From assembly GCF_018350175.1 (NCBI RefSeq), contig NC_058382.1:54376001-54440000 (forward strand): 64,000 nt of DNA. Reading direction: 5' to 3'. Position 1 is the stretch's first letter; each line of letters begins with the position of its first letter. The stretch comes from Felis catus (taxonomy: Eukaryota). Shown here one piece after another: positions 40,076 to 52,993 of this stretch. The translations under genes and the position numbers were made by a program. The notes below the pieces were generated by a model. The model was not told where the DNA came from, did not search any database, and was given only the letters and a program-made list of their open reading frames with translations.

Positions 40076-40285
40076 GGGGCGCGTGGGTGGCTCAGTCGAT
40101 TAAGCTTCCGACTTCAGCTCAGGTCATGATCTCATAGTCCATGGGTTCAAGCCCCACATCGGGCTCTGTGGTGACAGCTCAGAGCCTGGAGCCTGTTTCA
40201 GATTCTGTGTCTCCTTCTCTCTCTGTCCCTCCCCTGCTCACATTCTATCTCTCTTTCTCTCAAAAGTAAATATACATTTAAAAAA
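40076..40285 (+). mobile_element. SINEC (felid type)
   Basis: Perfect TSD ttcaaaaatataaggatatag at 40056-40076 and 40286-40306. Confidence 0.96.
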
Positions 40286-40899
40286 TTCAAAAATATAAGG
40301 ATATAGCAAGCATATAATAATTCCATCATACACTCTTACATGTAGACTCCTGGATAAATGATCTTCTGCTAAACTTCATGAAACGAAAGAAGAGTTCAAA
40401 GAGGATCCACGTCTTATTTCGATAAGATACAGGGATATATTTTCCTTGAAATAAGAACAATCTGACATAAAGCAACAACCAGTATAAAAGATTGTGATAA
40501 AAAAAAAACCAGTTGTATGAAAAATGGTAAAGATTTGTGTTGTCACACTTGATTAAATTACACACAGAACACAGAATTTTTAAAAGTCGATTATTAAAAT
40601 AAAATTGAATGAAAATGAAAATATTAGCAAAGTTGGCAGATAAATTGGATAGATTACAAATATTCAATTAATGAGTGGATGTTGGACAGCAAAAGACAGA
40701 GCAAGCAGATTAAAGAAATATTCAAAAGCATGGTTAGAGAGAATTTATACAAACTAAGCATTTTTAATTTTTGAGAATAAGATAACCAAAATTGACAAAT
40801 AAACACCCTTACCAAGACATATAAGGATCAGGTTTTCAAAGAAAAATAAAGAACTGAAAAGTGGCCTTTGGATTAGCCAACCCAGAAGTTAGGGTAATA

Positions 40900-42130
40900 G
40901 TCAAACTTCCTGAAAGAGCAGTCTATTCTCATGACCTTTTTTTCTTCACCTCGAACTTAATCCCCAACCAACTCATTGTGATTTCCACTCCTTCCACTTC
41001 TATCGCCGAGAAACTTCTCTCACCAAGAAAAACCAATGTTTTCTTGTAAGTAAATCCAAAGGACACTTTCCAGCCTTCATTTTGCTTGACCTCCCTGCCA
41101 CACTGGATACCACTGGGTATTCTTTTTGAGAAATATCCTTTTCCTTGGTTTCAAAGGTGTCAAACTTTCCTAGTTTCCTTATCCACCTTTTCTAAGTAGG
41201 CTTACTCATTCTCTTTTCTGGTTCCACCTTTTATCCAGCCTAAAGTTGGGCAATCTTCTAGACTCTGTCTTTCTTGTTGATGCCATCTACACAGCTTCTG
41301 TGGGCAACTCCGTCTTCTCACTGAGCTTCCACTACCATGAATACGTCAACAACTCCTGAATCCGCATCTCTTAAATCTCCTTTCCCACGAGCTCCATCCA
41401 GATCCACATATTTGATTCCCTGGATATGGCTAGACCTGACCTCACAATGTTTCTCCCCTCCATTCCCAGGCGTGTTCCTGTGCCATTATTCCCTAACTCA
41501 GTAAATGGCACCATAATCTATTCTGCTGCTCAAGCCAGAAATCCCAAAGCTATTTTTTACTTTTCTCTCTCTCTTGCATACACTCAAATATCTAGTCATG
41601 TTGATTCAACACGTTGAGCATTTTTCATGTCTGTATATCTCTTTTCACCCCCACTACTCCCACCCTGTCAAAGGCACAATTATCTTTTAACTAGACTCCT
41701 ATAATAGCCTCAAATCTGGCTTCCTAGCAACCAATCTTGTGTCCCGCACCTAAATCCATTCACTATTCTGCAACCAGAGAGATCTTTCATGTAACCTACT
41801 TGCCCACCACTTACAGCTGTTTAGGACTTTTCATTTTGGTTATTATTTTAGGAAAAATATCTCAGGTCTCAAATAATCTTAGAGAACTCTTGATCCCGTA
41901 TACTTTAGGCGTCACTGTCCTCTTTACTTGATTACCCTCCAGTCTTTTTCATATGTAGCGACTGTTCCTCTTCACTCCTTGTATTGGAGTTATTTCCTTT
42001 TGTCTATATATTTTTCTTTCTTTCCCACTTCTTAACTCTTGACCTATCCAACTCTGACTCATCATTCAAGTTTCTTCTTTTGAGTTATGGCTTTCTCAGG
42101 GAAGCTTCTCTTTCCTCCATAGCTAAGTTA
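40900..42130 (+). mobile_element. L2 fragment
   Basis: Pyrimidine-rich L2 motifs (tcagtaaatggcaccat...gctcaagccagaaa). Confidence 0.7.
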
Positions 42131-42139
42131 AATTCTATC

Positions 42140-42930
42140 CAGAAAAATAAATAATCCAATTTAAAAATAGACCAAAATGCTTAACAAAGAATATATACAG
42201 ATGGCAAATAAGTCCATGAAAATATGCTCCTCATCATATGTCATCAGGACAATGCAGATTAAAACAACAATGAAATACCACTATACACTTACTAGAATGG
42301 AAAAAATCTGAAACACTGACAATGCCCAGTGCTGGCAAGGATGTAGAGCAACAGGAACTCTCATTCAGTGCTGATGAGAATGCAAGATGGTACGGCCATT
42401 TTGGAAGATAGTTTGGCAATTTCTCACAAAACTAAACATATTCTTACTTTATGATGCATCAATCTTGCTCCTTGGTATTAACCTAAAGGACTTGAAAACA
42501 TATCCACATAAAAACGTGCACATAGATGTTTATAAAAGTTTTCTTCACAGTTGCCAAAAATTGGAATCAGCCATATTATCCTTCAGTAGATTAATGGATA
42601 AATAAACGATAAATCCAGACACTGGAATATTATCCAGCACTAAAACAATGAACTATGAAGCCATGAAAAGATATGGAGAAATCTTAATGCAATCACCAAG
42701 GGAAAGAAACCAGTCTGAAAAGTCTACATACTGTATGATTCCAACTATATAACACTCAGGAAAATGAAAAACTGTACAGACAGTAAAAAGATCAGTGGTT
42801 GCCAGGGGTGGGGAGGTGGGAGGGGTGAATAGGAGGAGCACAGAATTTTTAAGGCACAGAAAATGTTTTGTGTGATACTATAATGATGGATATATGTCAT
42901 TATATATTTATATAACCCCACAGAATGTAG
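42140..42930 (+). mobile_element. L1M 3' end (ORF2 C-terminus and 3'UTR)
   Basis: FWKIVWQFLTKLNI; ccagtctgaaaagtctacatactgtatgattcc. Confidence 0.88.
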
Positions 42931-43565
42931 AAGGAAGAATAAGTGAACTTGATAGATCAGTAGAAATTATCCAGTCTGAAAAATAGAGAAAAAAAATATT
43001 GAAGAAGAAGAAAAAGAAATACATTGTAAAACATCAGGCATACCAACATACATACAATGGGAGACAGAAGGAGGCAGATTTTCTTTTTAAGAAATAACGA
43101 TTGAACACTTCCCAATTTTTATAAAAACACTAATCTACACATCTAAGAAGCTGAACAAACTCTAAGGATGTTGTAAACGAAGAGATCCACATTGAGAAAC
43201 ATCATAGCCTGATTATAGAAAACCAAAGAAAAAGAGAAAATTTTGAAAGTAGAAGGAGAAAAATGACATGATGTCAAGGAGACCAGGACAAGGCCAGGTG
43301 TCCAGCCAGCCAGAGATGTGTCACTGGTCTGGTAACCCAGAGACACTCCGGTCCTGGTCCCCAGTCGTGTTGGTTGCGGGTCTGATGTGTAGGCCACTTT
43401 TATATTATTTCCTCCATGCCCCATCTACCACCAGCTTGGGATCATATTGTGGGGCTTGGGGCAGAGTTCAGGACACTGGTAGTGAAGACAGGGTCATCCT
43501 GGCCACAGCCCCATGCTACTGCAAAAGCAGCTCCCCTCCCAACGACACAGATTAACAATAAACTT

Positions 43566-43783
43566 CTTTTTTTTTTTTTTCAACATTTATTTATTTTTGG
43601 GACAGAGAGAGACAGAGCATGAATGGGGGAGGGGCAGAGAGAGAGGGAGGCACAGAATCGGAAACAGGCTCCAGGCTCTGAGCCATCAGCCCAGAGCCCG
43701 ACGCGGGGCTCTAACTCATGGACTGCGAGATCGTGACCTGGCTGAAGTCGGACGCCTAACCGACTGCGCCACCCAGGCGCCCC
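43566..43783 (-). mobile_element. Young felid SINEC
   Basis: CpG-rich; TSD aacaataaacttctt. Confidence 0.96.
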
Positions 43784-44275
43784 AACAATAAACTTCTTAT
43801 CAGAAACTATGGAGGCCAGAAGGCAGGAGGGTGACATTTAAAATGCTTTAAGAAAAAGCTGTCAACCACTAATTTTATATTCAGCAACACTATCCTTCAC
43901 AAAATTAATAGAAAGAATGGCATTCCCGGATAAACAAAGAGAATTAAGAGAATTTGTTGCTAACAGGTCTATATTACAAGTACTAATAAAGGAAGCCTTT
44001 CAGGCTAAAAAGAGATGATGTCAGTTATTTGAATGCACAAAATGAAAATCACTGGAAATGGGAAATATGTAGGTCAATGTAAAATATTAATGTTATATTA
44101 ATTATACATAAATAAATAAATATATTGTATACTCTCTATTGTATCTTGTTTTAAAATGTTTACATTGCATAAAGCAATAATTATAACACTGTATTGCTGC
44201 ATTTTAACATATATTGATGCAATGTATACAATAAGAGAAGTACAAAAAGGGGATAGGAGTGTATGTTTTGGTGAC

Positions 44276-44652
44276 ATGAAGCTGCTCACCCACAACCTGT
44301 TGAGCTCGCATGTGCGGGGGGTGGGGCCCCATGGCTTCCCTCTGCGCCTCCAGGCCACTGAGGTCCGCATCAACCCCGTGGAGTCAACCCCAACTTTGTG
44401 GCATGTATGATAACCAATGTGGAGTGGGCAGCACTTCTGTGGGCAGCGGATACCTTGCACCTGGTCGAGGTACCCAAAGAACCAATTGAAGGGTATGAGC
44501 AAGATGAGAAGTTCCTGAGGAAGATGCACCACATGCTGCTGGAGGTGGATGTGCTGGAGGGCACCCCGCCGTGCGCAGAGTCTGAACGTCTGTTTCCCAT
44601 CAGTCGTGGGATCCCCAGTGTGCTGCTGAGTGAGGAGGAAACCGAGACTTAA
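44276..44652 (+). pseudogene. TRMT112: TRMT112 processed pseudogene (retrocopy); 3'UTR and poly(A) extend to ~44813
   Basis: ATG at 44276 reads MKLLTHNLLSSHVRGVGPHGFPLRLQATEVRINPVE. After a 1-bp deletion near 44384 a second frame continues ...MITNVEWAALLWAADTLHLVEVPKEPIEGYEQDEKFLRKMHHMLLEVDVLEGT...LFPISRGIPSVLLSEEETET*. The span is 377 bp, one short of 125 codons plus stop. No introns; ATTAAA at 44780-44785; poly(A) 44797-44813. Confidence 0.96.
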
Positions 44653-45993
44653 TCGTGCCAGTTGGCTGGTTTTTCATTCTGTAACTGTGTATCTCTTGAT
44701 TCAAGGTCATGTGTATCCCAAACCCTTGACCCAGTGATACGTGAAACAGTGTTCTTGAGCTCGATATATATTTTTTCCCATTAAAGGTTCAAAACCAAAA
44801 AAAAAAAAAAAAATGAGCCTGTATTAATCTGAAATAGATTGTGATAAATTGAGATGCATATAGGAATTGTTGCAGCAACCACTAAGAAAACAACTTAAAA
44901 ATATGGTACAAAGTCTATAGGGAATTTAAATAGAAACCTGAAATATTTATGTAATACACTAGGAGGCAGTAAAGGAGGAACCCAGGAACAAAGGAGGCAG
45001 GGGACATAAAAACCAAGGAGGAAAATGACCTATATAAATACAATCATATAAATAAATTAGATTGACATGAATAGTTTAAATATCCTAATCAAAAGGCAGA
45101 GATTATCGCATTGGAATTTTTTTTTAAAGCCAGAGCCAATGGTATGCCACCTGTGGAAAACACATCTTAAATTCAGACATGAATAGGCAGAAAGTAAAGG
45201 GCAGAACAAGATTTACAATGCTAAGTAACAATTGAGCTAGAGTGGCTATATTAATCTATGACAAAATAAATTTTGAAACAAGAAATATTACTAGAGATGA
45301 AAAGGGTCAATATAAACCATAAAGATATAACAATTACAGGTTTATATGCAACTATTTAAAAAGCCTCAAAATACATGAATCAAAAAATGATGGAATTGAT
45401 GGAGAAATAGACAATGTAACAACTAGAGATTTCAGTAACTCTCAGTAATTGACAAAACACTACACAGATATTCAGTAATGATACAGAAGACTTGGACAAT
45501 ACTATCAACCAACTTAACATATTTAGAACACATTATCCACTTATTAAGGGATGCACATTCCTTTTAAGCAGACATGGAACATTCTCCAAGGTAGTCTATA
45601 TGTTAGGCATAAAACCAGGCTCAATAACGCCAATGGACTGAAATCATACAAAGCATATTCTCTAACCGCAACAGAACTAAATTAGAAATCAATAACAGAA
45701 AGAAATCTGGAAAAACCCAGTTATTTGGAATTTAAATAACATACTTCCATATAATTAATGGCTCAAAGAAATAGTCACAAGGGTAGTTATAAAGTACTTT
45801 GAACTGAATGAAAACAAAAGCACAATACATCAAAGTTTATGAAATGCAGTTTGAACCAGCATTAAATGCCTATATCAGAAAAGAAGAAAAGTCTCAAATT
45901 AGTAATTGACATCTACATTAAGAAAGTAAGAAAAGAAGAGTAAAATAAATGACAGGAAACAGAAAACAATGAAATCAAAAGTTAGTTCTTTGA

Positions 45994-46215
45994 GGGGCGC
46001 CTGGGTGGCGCAGTCGGTTAAGCGTCCGACTTCAGCCAGGTCACGATCTCGCGGTCCGTGAGTTCGAGCCCCGCGTCGGGCTCTGGGCTGATGGCTCAGA
46101 GCCTGGAGCCTGCTTCCGATTCTGTGTCTCCCTCTCTCTCTGCCCCTCCCCCGTTCATGCTCTGTCTTTCTCTGTCCCAAAAATAAATAAACGTTGAAAA
46201 AAAAAATTAAAAAAA
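45994..46215 (+). mobile_element. Very young felid SINEC
   Basis: Many CpGs retained; TSD aaaagttagttctttga. Confidence 0.97.
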
Positions 46216-47523
46216 AAAAAGTTAGTTCTTTGAAAAGATCAACAAAATTGACAACCTTGAGCATAACCAATTGAGAAAAGAACAGGGAAAAAGAAAACAA
46301 GCAAAATCAAGAGGAAAAGAGGGTACATATTACTAACTCTACAAAAAATAAAAGAATTATAATATTATGAGTAACTTTAGACCAAAGAAAATAGACAACG
46401 TGGATAAAATTAACAGATTCTTAAAAAGAAATTCCAAAAACTCATTCAAAAAGAAAAATAAAATTCTGAATAGACCTATAACAAGTAAAGAAATTGAATT
46501 CATAATTAAAATCTTCATACAAAGAAAACTCAACTTGGCTTCACTGGTGAATATGATCAAATACTTAAAGAAGAAGTATTACCAATTCTTCACAAATTTG
46601 CTCAAGATACAGAGAAGAAGGAAGCATCCCCCACCTCATTCTATGAAGACAAAATTACCCTGATAACAAAGGCAAAGACATTACAACAAAAGAAAACTAA
46701 AGACCATTATCCACCATAAACATAAATATAAAAATCTTAAACATAACATTATCCAATTAAATTTACCAACATATCAGCAAATTACATACTACACCAAGTA
46801 TATTCTTACCCTGTGGTTTACCCAAGAATGCAATAAAAAGCATATATGAAAAATATACAGCTTCTATCATATTGAAGGGTAAAAGACTGATTCTCCCCTA
46901 AGATCATGAATTAGGCATGAATGTCTGCTTTCAACAAATCTATTCAACATAATACTGGATACTCTAGATAGTAAAATAAAGTCCCTCCAAAAAAAAAAAA
47001 AAAAAAAAGAATAAAAGAAAAAAGGCATTAAAATTGGAAATAAACAAATATAACTGGTTTTTTTTGACAAATGACATGATACTATATGTAGAAGATACCA
47101 AGCAATAAAAAAAGAAAACTTCACATTATATTATATTATAATATAATATCTAACAAGTTTATAAAGGTCACCGGATCTAAGATCAGCATACAAATATCAG
47201 TTGTATTTCTATGTACTAGTAATGAAGCATTCAAAAATGAAATTAAGAGAACAATTCCATTCACAATAGTATCTAAAAATAATACAATAATGGAATAGAA
47301 TACAGAGTGCAGAAATAGACCCACTGATTTTCAACCAAGTATGGCCCACTGATTTTCAACAAAGATGCAAAAGTAATTAAACGGAGAAAGGATATCCTAT
47401 TAAATGAATGGCACTGGAACAAATGGAACTCATAGCAAAAAAAAAAAAAAAGAAAAAAATCATACTTTATACAAGAATAATTAACTCATTGGGGAATCAT
47501 AGATCTAAATGTAAAATGTTCCT

Positions 47524-47740
47524 GGGGTGCCTGGGTGGTTCAGTCCGTTAAGTGTCCAACTTGGGCTCAGGTCATGATTTTGCGGTTCGTGAGTTTGAGC
47601 CCCGAGACGGGCTCTGCGCTGACAGCTTGGAGCCTGGAGCCTGCTTCGGATTCTGTGTCTCCCTCTCTCTCTGTTCCTCCCCCACTCACACTCTGTCTGA
47701 CTCTCTCTCAAAAATAAATGAAGATTAAAAAAAAAAACCT
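47524..47740 (+). mobile_element. SINEC (felid type)
   Basis: TSD taaatgtaaaatgttc / taaatgcaaaatgttc. Confidence 0.95.
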
Positions 47741-47755
47741 TTTTTAAATGCAAAA

Positions 47756-48255
47756 TGTTCTAGGGAGTTCAAGGGATTTGGAGTCTGATTAAAGAAAAAG
47801 ACACGACTGTGAGAGGCAGAACACATACACTTTATTGAGTGGAGGCTGGATAGGATTGCGTAAAAAAATTTTCTCACAGTATGAAACCATCCAGAGGTTG
47901 GCTATCAATCAGATGGGAGAAGGGCAAGGGGACCGTTGAAGAAGAAGAGAATCAGAGAGGGTGGATGCATGCCTAGCTGCTGTCACTCAACCATGTAGCA
48001 GAGTTTCTTGGTCAGAGAGCTCCTTGGGGATTTATACCTTTTCTAATGTTCAGCAGATGCTGGGTGAGGTTTCATAAGGTATGCACAGTCAGCAATCTCT
48101 ACATATGCTTGTTTAGGGATATTTTTAAAAATATCAGGGTGTGTAAAAACTTACACCGATGGGCTTTGGAGCTACTAAGGCTCAGCCTGCAGTGAAGAAA
48201 TAAACAACCTAGGGGGCCAATAAACAGAAACCATCTTTGGGTCATTTATATAACA
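47756..48255 (-). mobile_element. Putative ERV solo LTR
   Basis: ~500 bp non-L1 block bounded by tgtt...aaca; reverse-strand aataaa (tttatt) and TATA-like (tttata) in LTR order. Confidence 0.55.
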
Positions 48256-49345
48256 AATGTTAACCTATAAATTTTTAGAAGTAAATATTGGAGAAAACCT
48301 TTGTGACTGTGATTTATGCAAAGAGTTCTTAGACATGACACTGAAAGCAAGATCCATTAAAGATAATTTGGTAGGTTGAACATTAAAACTTTTGTTCTAA
48401 GAAGGACGCTATTAATGGAATGAAAATACAAACTACAGACCAGGAGAAAACATTGGCAAATCACACAACCTGGAAAGTTGGTGTATCTATAATATATAGA
48501 GAATTCTCTAAACTCAGTAAGAAATGAAAAAAAAATTCAAACAGAAAATGGACAAAGATTTGATGAGAAACTTCATAAAAACAGAGAAACAGCAAGTAGG
48601 CACACGTTCAACTTCACTAGCTATTGGGCAAAGACAAACTAAAGCCAGAATGAGATACCACTGCACACCTATTAGAATGGCTAAAATTAATGCTGACCAT
48701 ACCAAGTGCTCACAACAATGTGGAACAGTTGGACCTCTTACATATTGCTGGCTGGAATGCAAAATGGGAGAGCCGCTCTGAAAAAACAGCACGGCAGTTT
48801 CTTAGAAAGTTAAAGATACACTACCATGCAATTGAGAAATCACACTCCTGGGTGTTTATCCTAGAAATATAAAAACATGTTCATACAAGAATGTGGACGT
48901 GAATGTTCACAGCAGCTTTACTTGTAATAGCCCCAAATGGAAACAATCTAAATGTTCTTCAATGGACAAATGGAAAAACAAACTATGTACGTCCATACAA
49001 TGAAAAATTACTCAGCAATGAAAGTAAAGAACCTACCAACCCAAGCAACAGCATGGACGGATCTCAGGAGCATTATATTAAGTAAAAGAAGCCAGACACA
49101 AAGACGACGTGTTGTGAAATGCCAGAAAATGTAATTTATAGAGGCAGAAGCAGATTAGTTACTGCACAGAGCTGAGGTTGTAATGAGGATTAACTGCAAA
49201 TGTGCATGAGGGACCTTTGAGGGGTGACACAAATGGATTATGGTAATAACTGCACGACTCTATAAACTTACTGAGAATCTTTCAATTGTATGTTTCCAAT
49301 GGGTGAATTATTCCTAAGTAAAGTTGTTTTTCAAAAAGCATAATT

Positions 49346-49560
49346 GGGGGCGCCTGGGTGGCTCAGTCGGTTGAGCGGCCGACTTCGGCTCAGGTCATGA
49401 TCTCATGGCCCGTGAGTTCGAGCCCCGCGTCAGGCTCTGTGCTGACCGCTCAGAGCCTGGAGCCTGTTTCAGATTCTGTGTCTCCCTCTCTCTCTGACCC
49501 TCCCCCATTCATGCTCTGTCTCTCTCTGCCTCAAAAATAAATAAACGTTAAAAAAAAAAA
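49346..49560 (+). mobile_element. Young felid SINEC
   Basis: TSD aaaaagcataattgg. Confidence 0.96.
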
Positions 49561-50030
49561 AAGCATAATTGGCTGTATAAAATATGACAATGTAGAATAA
49601 GATTTATAATATATGTAAAACTAAAGTGTAACTCACAATAGCACAAGGATAGGGAGAAGAGAAATGGAAGTATACTCTTGTAAAGTTCTCAGACGTAAAA
49701 TGGCGTAATGTCACAAGAAAGCAGACTGTGATAAGTTAAAGATCTATATTATAAACCCCCAAGTTGAAATAACAAAACAAAGAGCTAACTATAATATGCT
49801 AACAAAGGGAACAAAATGGAATCATACCCCCACACACACAAAAAACTCAATCCAAAAGAAAGCAGAAGACAAAAAAAAAGGAACAAAAATAGATAAGACA
49901 AAGAGAAAAGACATAGCAAGATTATAGATTTAAATTTAACCATATTAATAATCATACTAGATGTAAATTGCTTACATACACCAATTAAAAAGCACAGACT
50001 CTCAGATTAGATTTAAAAAAAACCAAGACT

Positions 50031-50264
50031 GGGGTGCCTGGGTGGCGCAGTCGGTTAAGCGTCCGACTTCATCCAGGTCACGATCTCGCGGTCTGTGAGT
50101 TCGAGCCCCGCGTTGGGCTCTGGGTTGATGGCTCAGAGCCTGGAGCCTGTTTCCGATTCTGTGTCTCCCTCTCTCTCTGCCCCTCCCCCATTCATGCTCT
50201 GTCTCTCTCTGTCCCAAAAATAAATAAACGTTGAAAAAAATTAAAAAAAAAAAAAAAAAAAAAA
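50031..50264 (+). mobile_element. Young felid SINEC
   Basis: gggtggcgcagtcgg variant; long poly(A); TSD ending caagact. Confidence 0.96.
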
Positions 50265-50666
50265 ACAAGACTCAGGTATTTGCTGCCCACAAGAAAAGCA
50301 CTTCAAATATTAAGACACAGATAGGTAAAAGTAAAAGGATACTACCACTAACGAAAAAAAATATATAGGGTAGATCTATTAAAATCAGACAAAGTATATT
50401 TTAAAAGAAAGAATATTACCAAAGGTAAATAAAATCATTTCATAATAATAAAGGGATCAGTTCATGAAGAACTCACGACAATCCTAAACAGTATGCACCT
50501 AATAACTGAACTTCAAAATTCATGAAGCAAAAAACCAATCAAGCTACAAGGAGAAATAGACAAGTCCATGATTAGAATGTATTTCAAAACCCATCTAAAT
50601 AATTTATAGAAGAGAAAATCAGCAAATACACTGAAGATTTGACCAGCAATAAATCAACTTGATGTT

Positions 50667-50897
50667 AGTGCACCTGTGTGGCTCAGTCAGTTGACTCTTG
50701 GTTTTGACTCAGGTCATGATCTCATGGTTGGTGGGACTGAGCCCCACAGCAGGCTCTGTGCTGACAGTGTGGAGCCTGCTTGGGATTCTCTCTCCCCCCT
50801 CCCTCTCTCTCTGTCCCCATACCCCCACTTGTTTGTGTACACTCACGTTTTCTCTCTCTTCAAATAAATAAATAAATAAACTTTGAAAAATCAATAA
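50667..50897 (+). mobile_element. SINEC (older)
   Basis: TSD aaatcaacttgatgt. Confidence 0.92.
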
Positions 50898-51165
50898 ACA
50901 AATCAACTTGATGTAACTGACATCCTCAGAGCACTCTGGCAAAAACAGCAAGATTTCACATTCTCTTTAAGTCCACAGAACATTTACCAAAATAGATCAT
51001 ATTCTGTGTAATGAAATAAGGTTCAATAAATTTAAAATATCTGTGTCATACAAAATACACTCTCCGACCACAATGGAATTCTAATTTTGTTTGAACATAA
51101 CCATGATAAAGATATTTTAAAATCTAAAACAAGAAAGAAAGAAATCAGTAACAGAAAGATATCTA

Positions 51166-51375
51166 GGGGTGCCTGGGTGGCTCAGTCAGGTGAGCGTCTG
51201 ACTTCATTCAGCTCAGGTCATGGTCTCACAGTTTGGCGTTTGAGCCCTGCCTCAGCTCTCTGCTGTCAGTGGAGAGCCCACTTCAGATCCTCTGTGCCCT
51301 TCTCTTTACTCCTCCCCTGCTCATGCTCTCTCTCTCTCTCTCTCTCTCAAAAATGAGTAAACATTATTTTTTTAA
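51166..51375 (+). mobile_element. SINEC
   Basis: TSD aaagatatctag / aaagataactag. Confidence 0.93.
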
Positions 51376-52745
51376 AAAGATAACTAGAACATCCTCCAAA
51401 TATGTGAAAACAAAATAAAACACTTAAAAAATAATACATGGCTCAAAGAAGAAATCAGAGAAATTATAAAATTATACAGTGTTTTGAACTAAATGGAAAT
51501 GAAAATGTAACTTTTCAAAATTGGTTGGAAATGGGAAAAGGAACTTCAGTGCTTACCTCAAGCACAAATTCAAAAATTAGGTCAGAGACCTAAATATAAA
51601 ACCTAAAGTGTTAAACTTCTAGAAGAAATCATAAGAGAAAATCTTTGTGATCATAGGAAGCATAAGATTTCTTTCACAGGAAACAAAAAGTAGAGACTAT
51701 GAAAGAACATAAAAAGATAGCCTTCATCAAAATAAAAAACATCTGCTGCTCAAAATATAGTTAAGGAAAAGAAAAGATGAGCCCCAGACTGGGAGAAAAT
51801 ATTTGCAAAACAATATCTGACAAAGGACTCATGTTCAGCATATTTAAATAACTCCCAAAACACAACAGTTTTAAAAGCCTGGTTTAAAACACTGAGCAAA
51901 ATATTTGAACAAACATTTCACCAAAGAAGATCTATAGATGACAAAATAGGCACATGAAAAGATGCTCATTATAATTGGTCTCTAGGGAAATGCAAATGAA
52001 AACCAAATGAGACACCACAACATTATTAGAACGGACAATTTTTTTTAGCTATCAGTACTAAGTGCTGGTGAGAATATGGAGCAAATGTATGTCTATACAA
52101 GGTGATGGTGTGAATAGAAAATGCCATGGCAAACAGTTTGACCGTTTCCTATAAAATCACACACACAATTGCCATATGACCCATCAATTTCAATCCCAGA
52201 TATTTCCCCAAGAGAAATGAAACATTTGTCCCTCAAAGACCTGTTCACCAATGTTTATGGCAGCCTAATTCATAACGGCCCAAACCAGGAAACAACCTGA
52301 ATGCCCATCGACCGGTGAATACATAAATGGTGGTGGAGTCTTACAATGAAATACTACAGAGGAATAAGAAGGAAGGAACTACACAGGCAACAGTATCAAC
52401 AAAGCTCAAGTGCATTATGCTGAGGGAAAAAAAAAAAAAAAGGTCAGACACAAAGGTTCTACACAGTATGATTCCATTTATATGATGATCTGGAAAAGGT
52501 GAAACTATAGACATCATTCAGATGAATGGTTGTCAGGGGATGGAGTGGAAACAGGGCATCAACTACAAAGGAGACAGAAGAACTTCTTGGGACAATGGAA
52601 ATACCCTGTTACAGATGTTAGCGGTGGTTACATGATCATGGATGTCAACATACACGAAACATTCTGTCTAAATGAGGTGAATTTTATTGTACATAAATTG
52701 TTCTTGACTTCAGAGAAAGAATATAGGGAAGAGGGTATGCTGACT

Positions 52746-52993
52746 GGGATGCCTGGGCAGCTCAGTCGGTTAGACGGCCGACTTCAGCTCGGATCATGAT
52801 CTCACAGCTCATGAGTTCGAGCCCCACATGGGGCTCTGTGCTGACAGCTCAAAGCCCAGAGCCTGCTTCGGATTCTGTGTCTCTCTGTCTCTCCCCCGCT
52901 CACATTCTGTCCTTCAAAAATAAACATTAAGAATGAATAAATAAACACATACATACATACATACATACATACATACATACATACATACATAAA
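52746..52993 (+). mobile_element. SINEC with (ACAT)n tail
   Basis: SINE body followed by an ACAT microsatellite ~52947-52990. Confidence 0.93.

Larger units (their letters stand above)
42940..49325 (+). mobile_element. Old L1M element(s) spanning ORF1 end, ORF2 remnants and 3'UTR, with nested insertions
   Basis: ORF1-like ~42940-44000; ORF2 remnants (ILNRPITSKEIEFIIK); 3' portion 48256-49325. Whether this is one element is uncertain. Confidence 0.78.
49570..52710 (+). mobile_element. L1M fragments (ORF2 endonuclease region joined to the 3' end)
   Basis: tctccgaccacaatggaatt; gactgggagaaaatatttgcaaa; tatgattccatttatatga. Confidence 0.8.

Noticed and set aside
44156..44652. Two 84-aa ORFs as a functional TRMT112 gene
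   Set aside because: They are the two halves of a frameshifted, intronless, poly(A)-tailed retrocopy.
45994..46070. tRNA-like A/B boxes
   Set aside because: These are the tRNA-derived heads of SINEs, not tRNA genes.
45899..46300. Recurrent ORFs such as ETEHERGRGRERGRHRI or MAQSVERPTSAQV across the window
   Set aside because: They are translations of SINEC copies, not a gene family.
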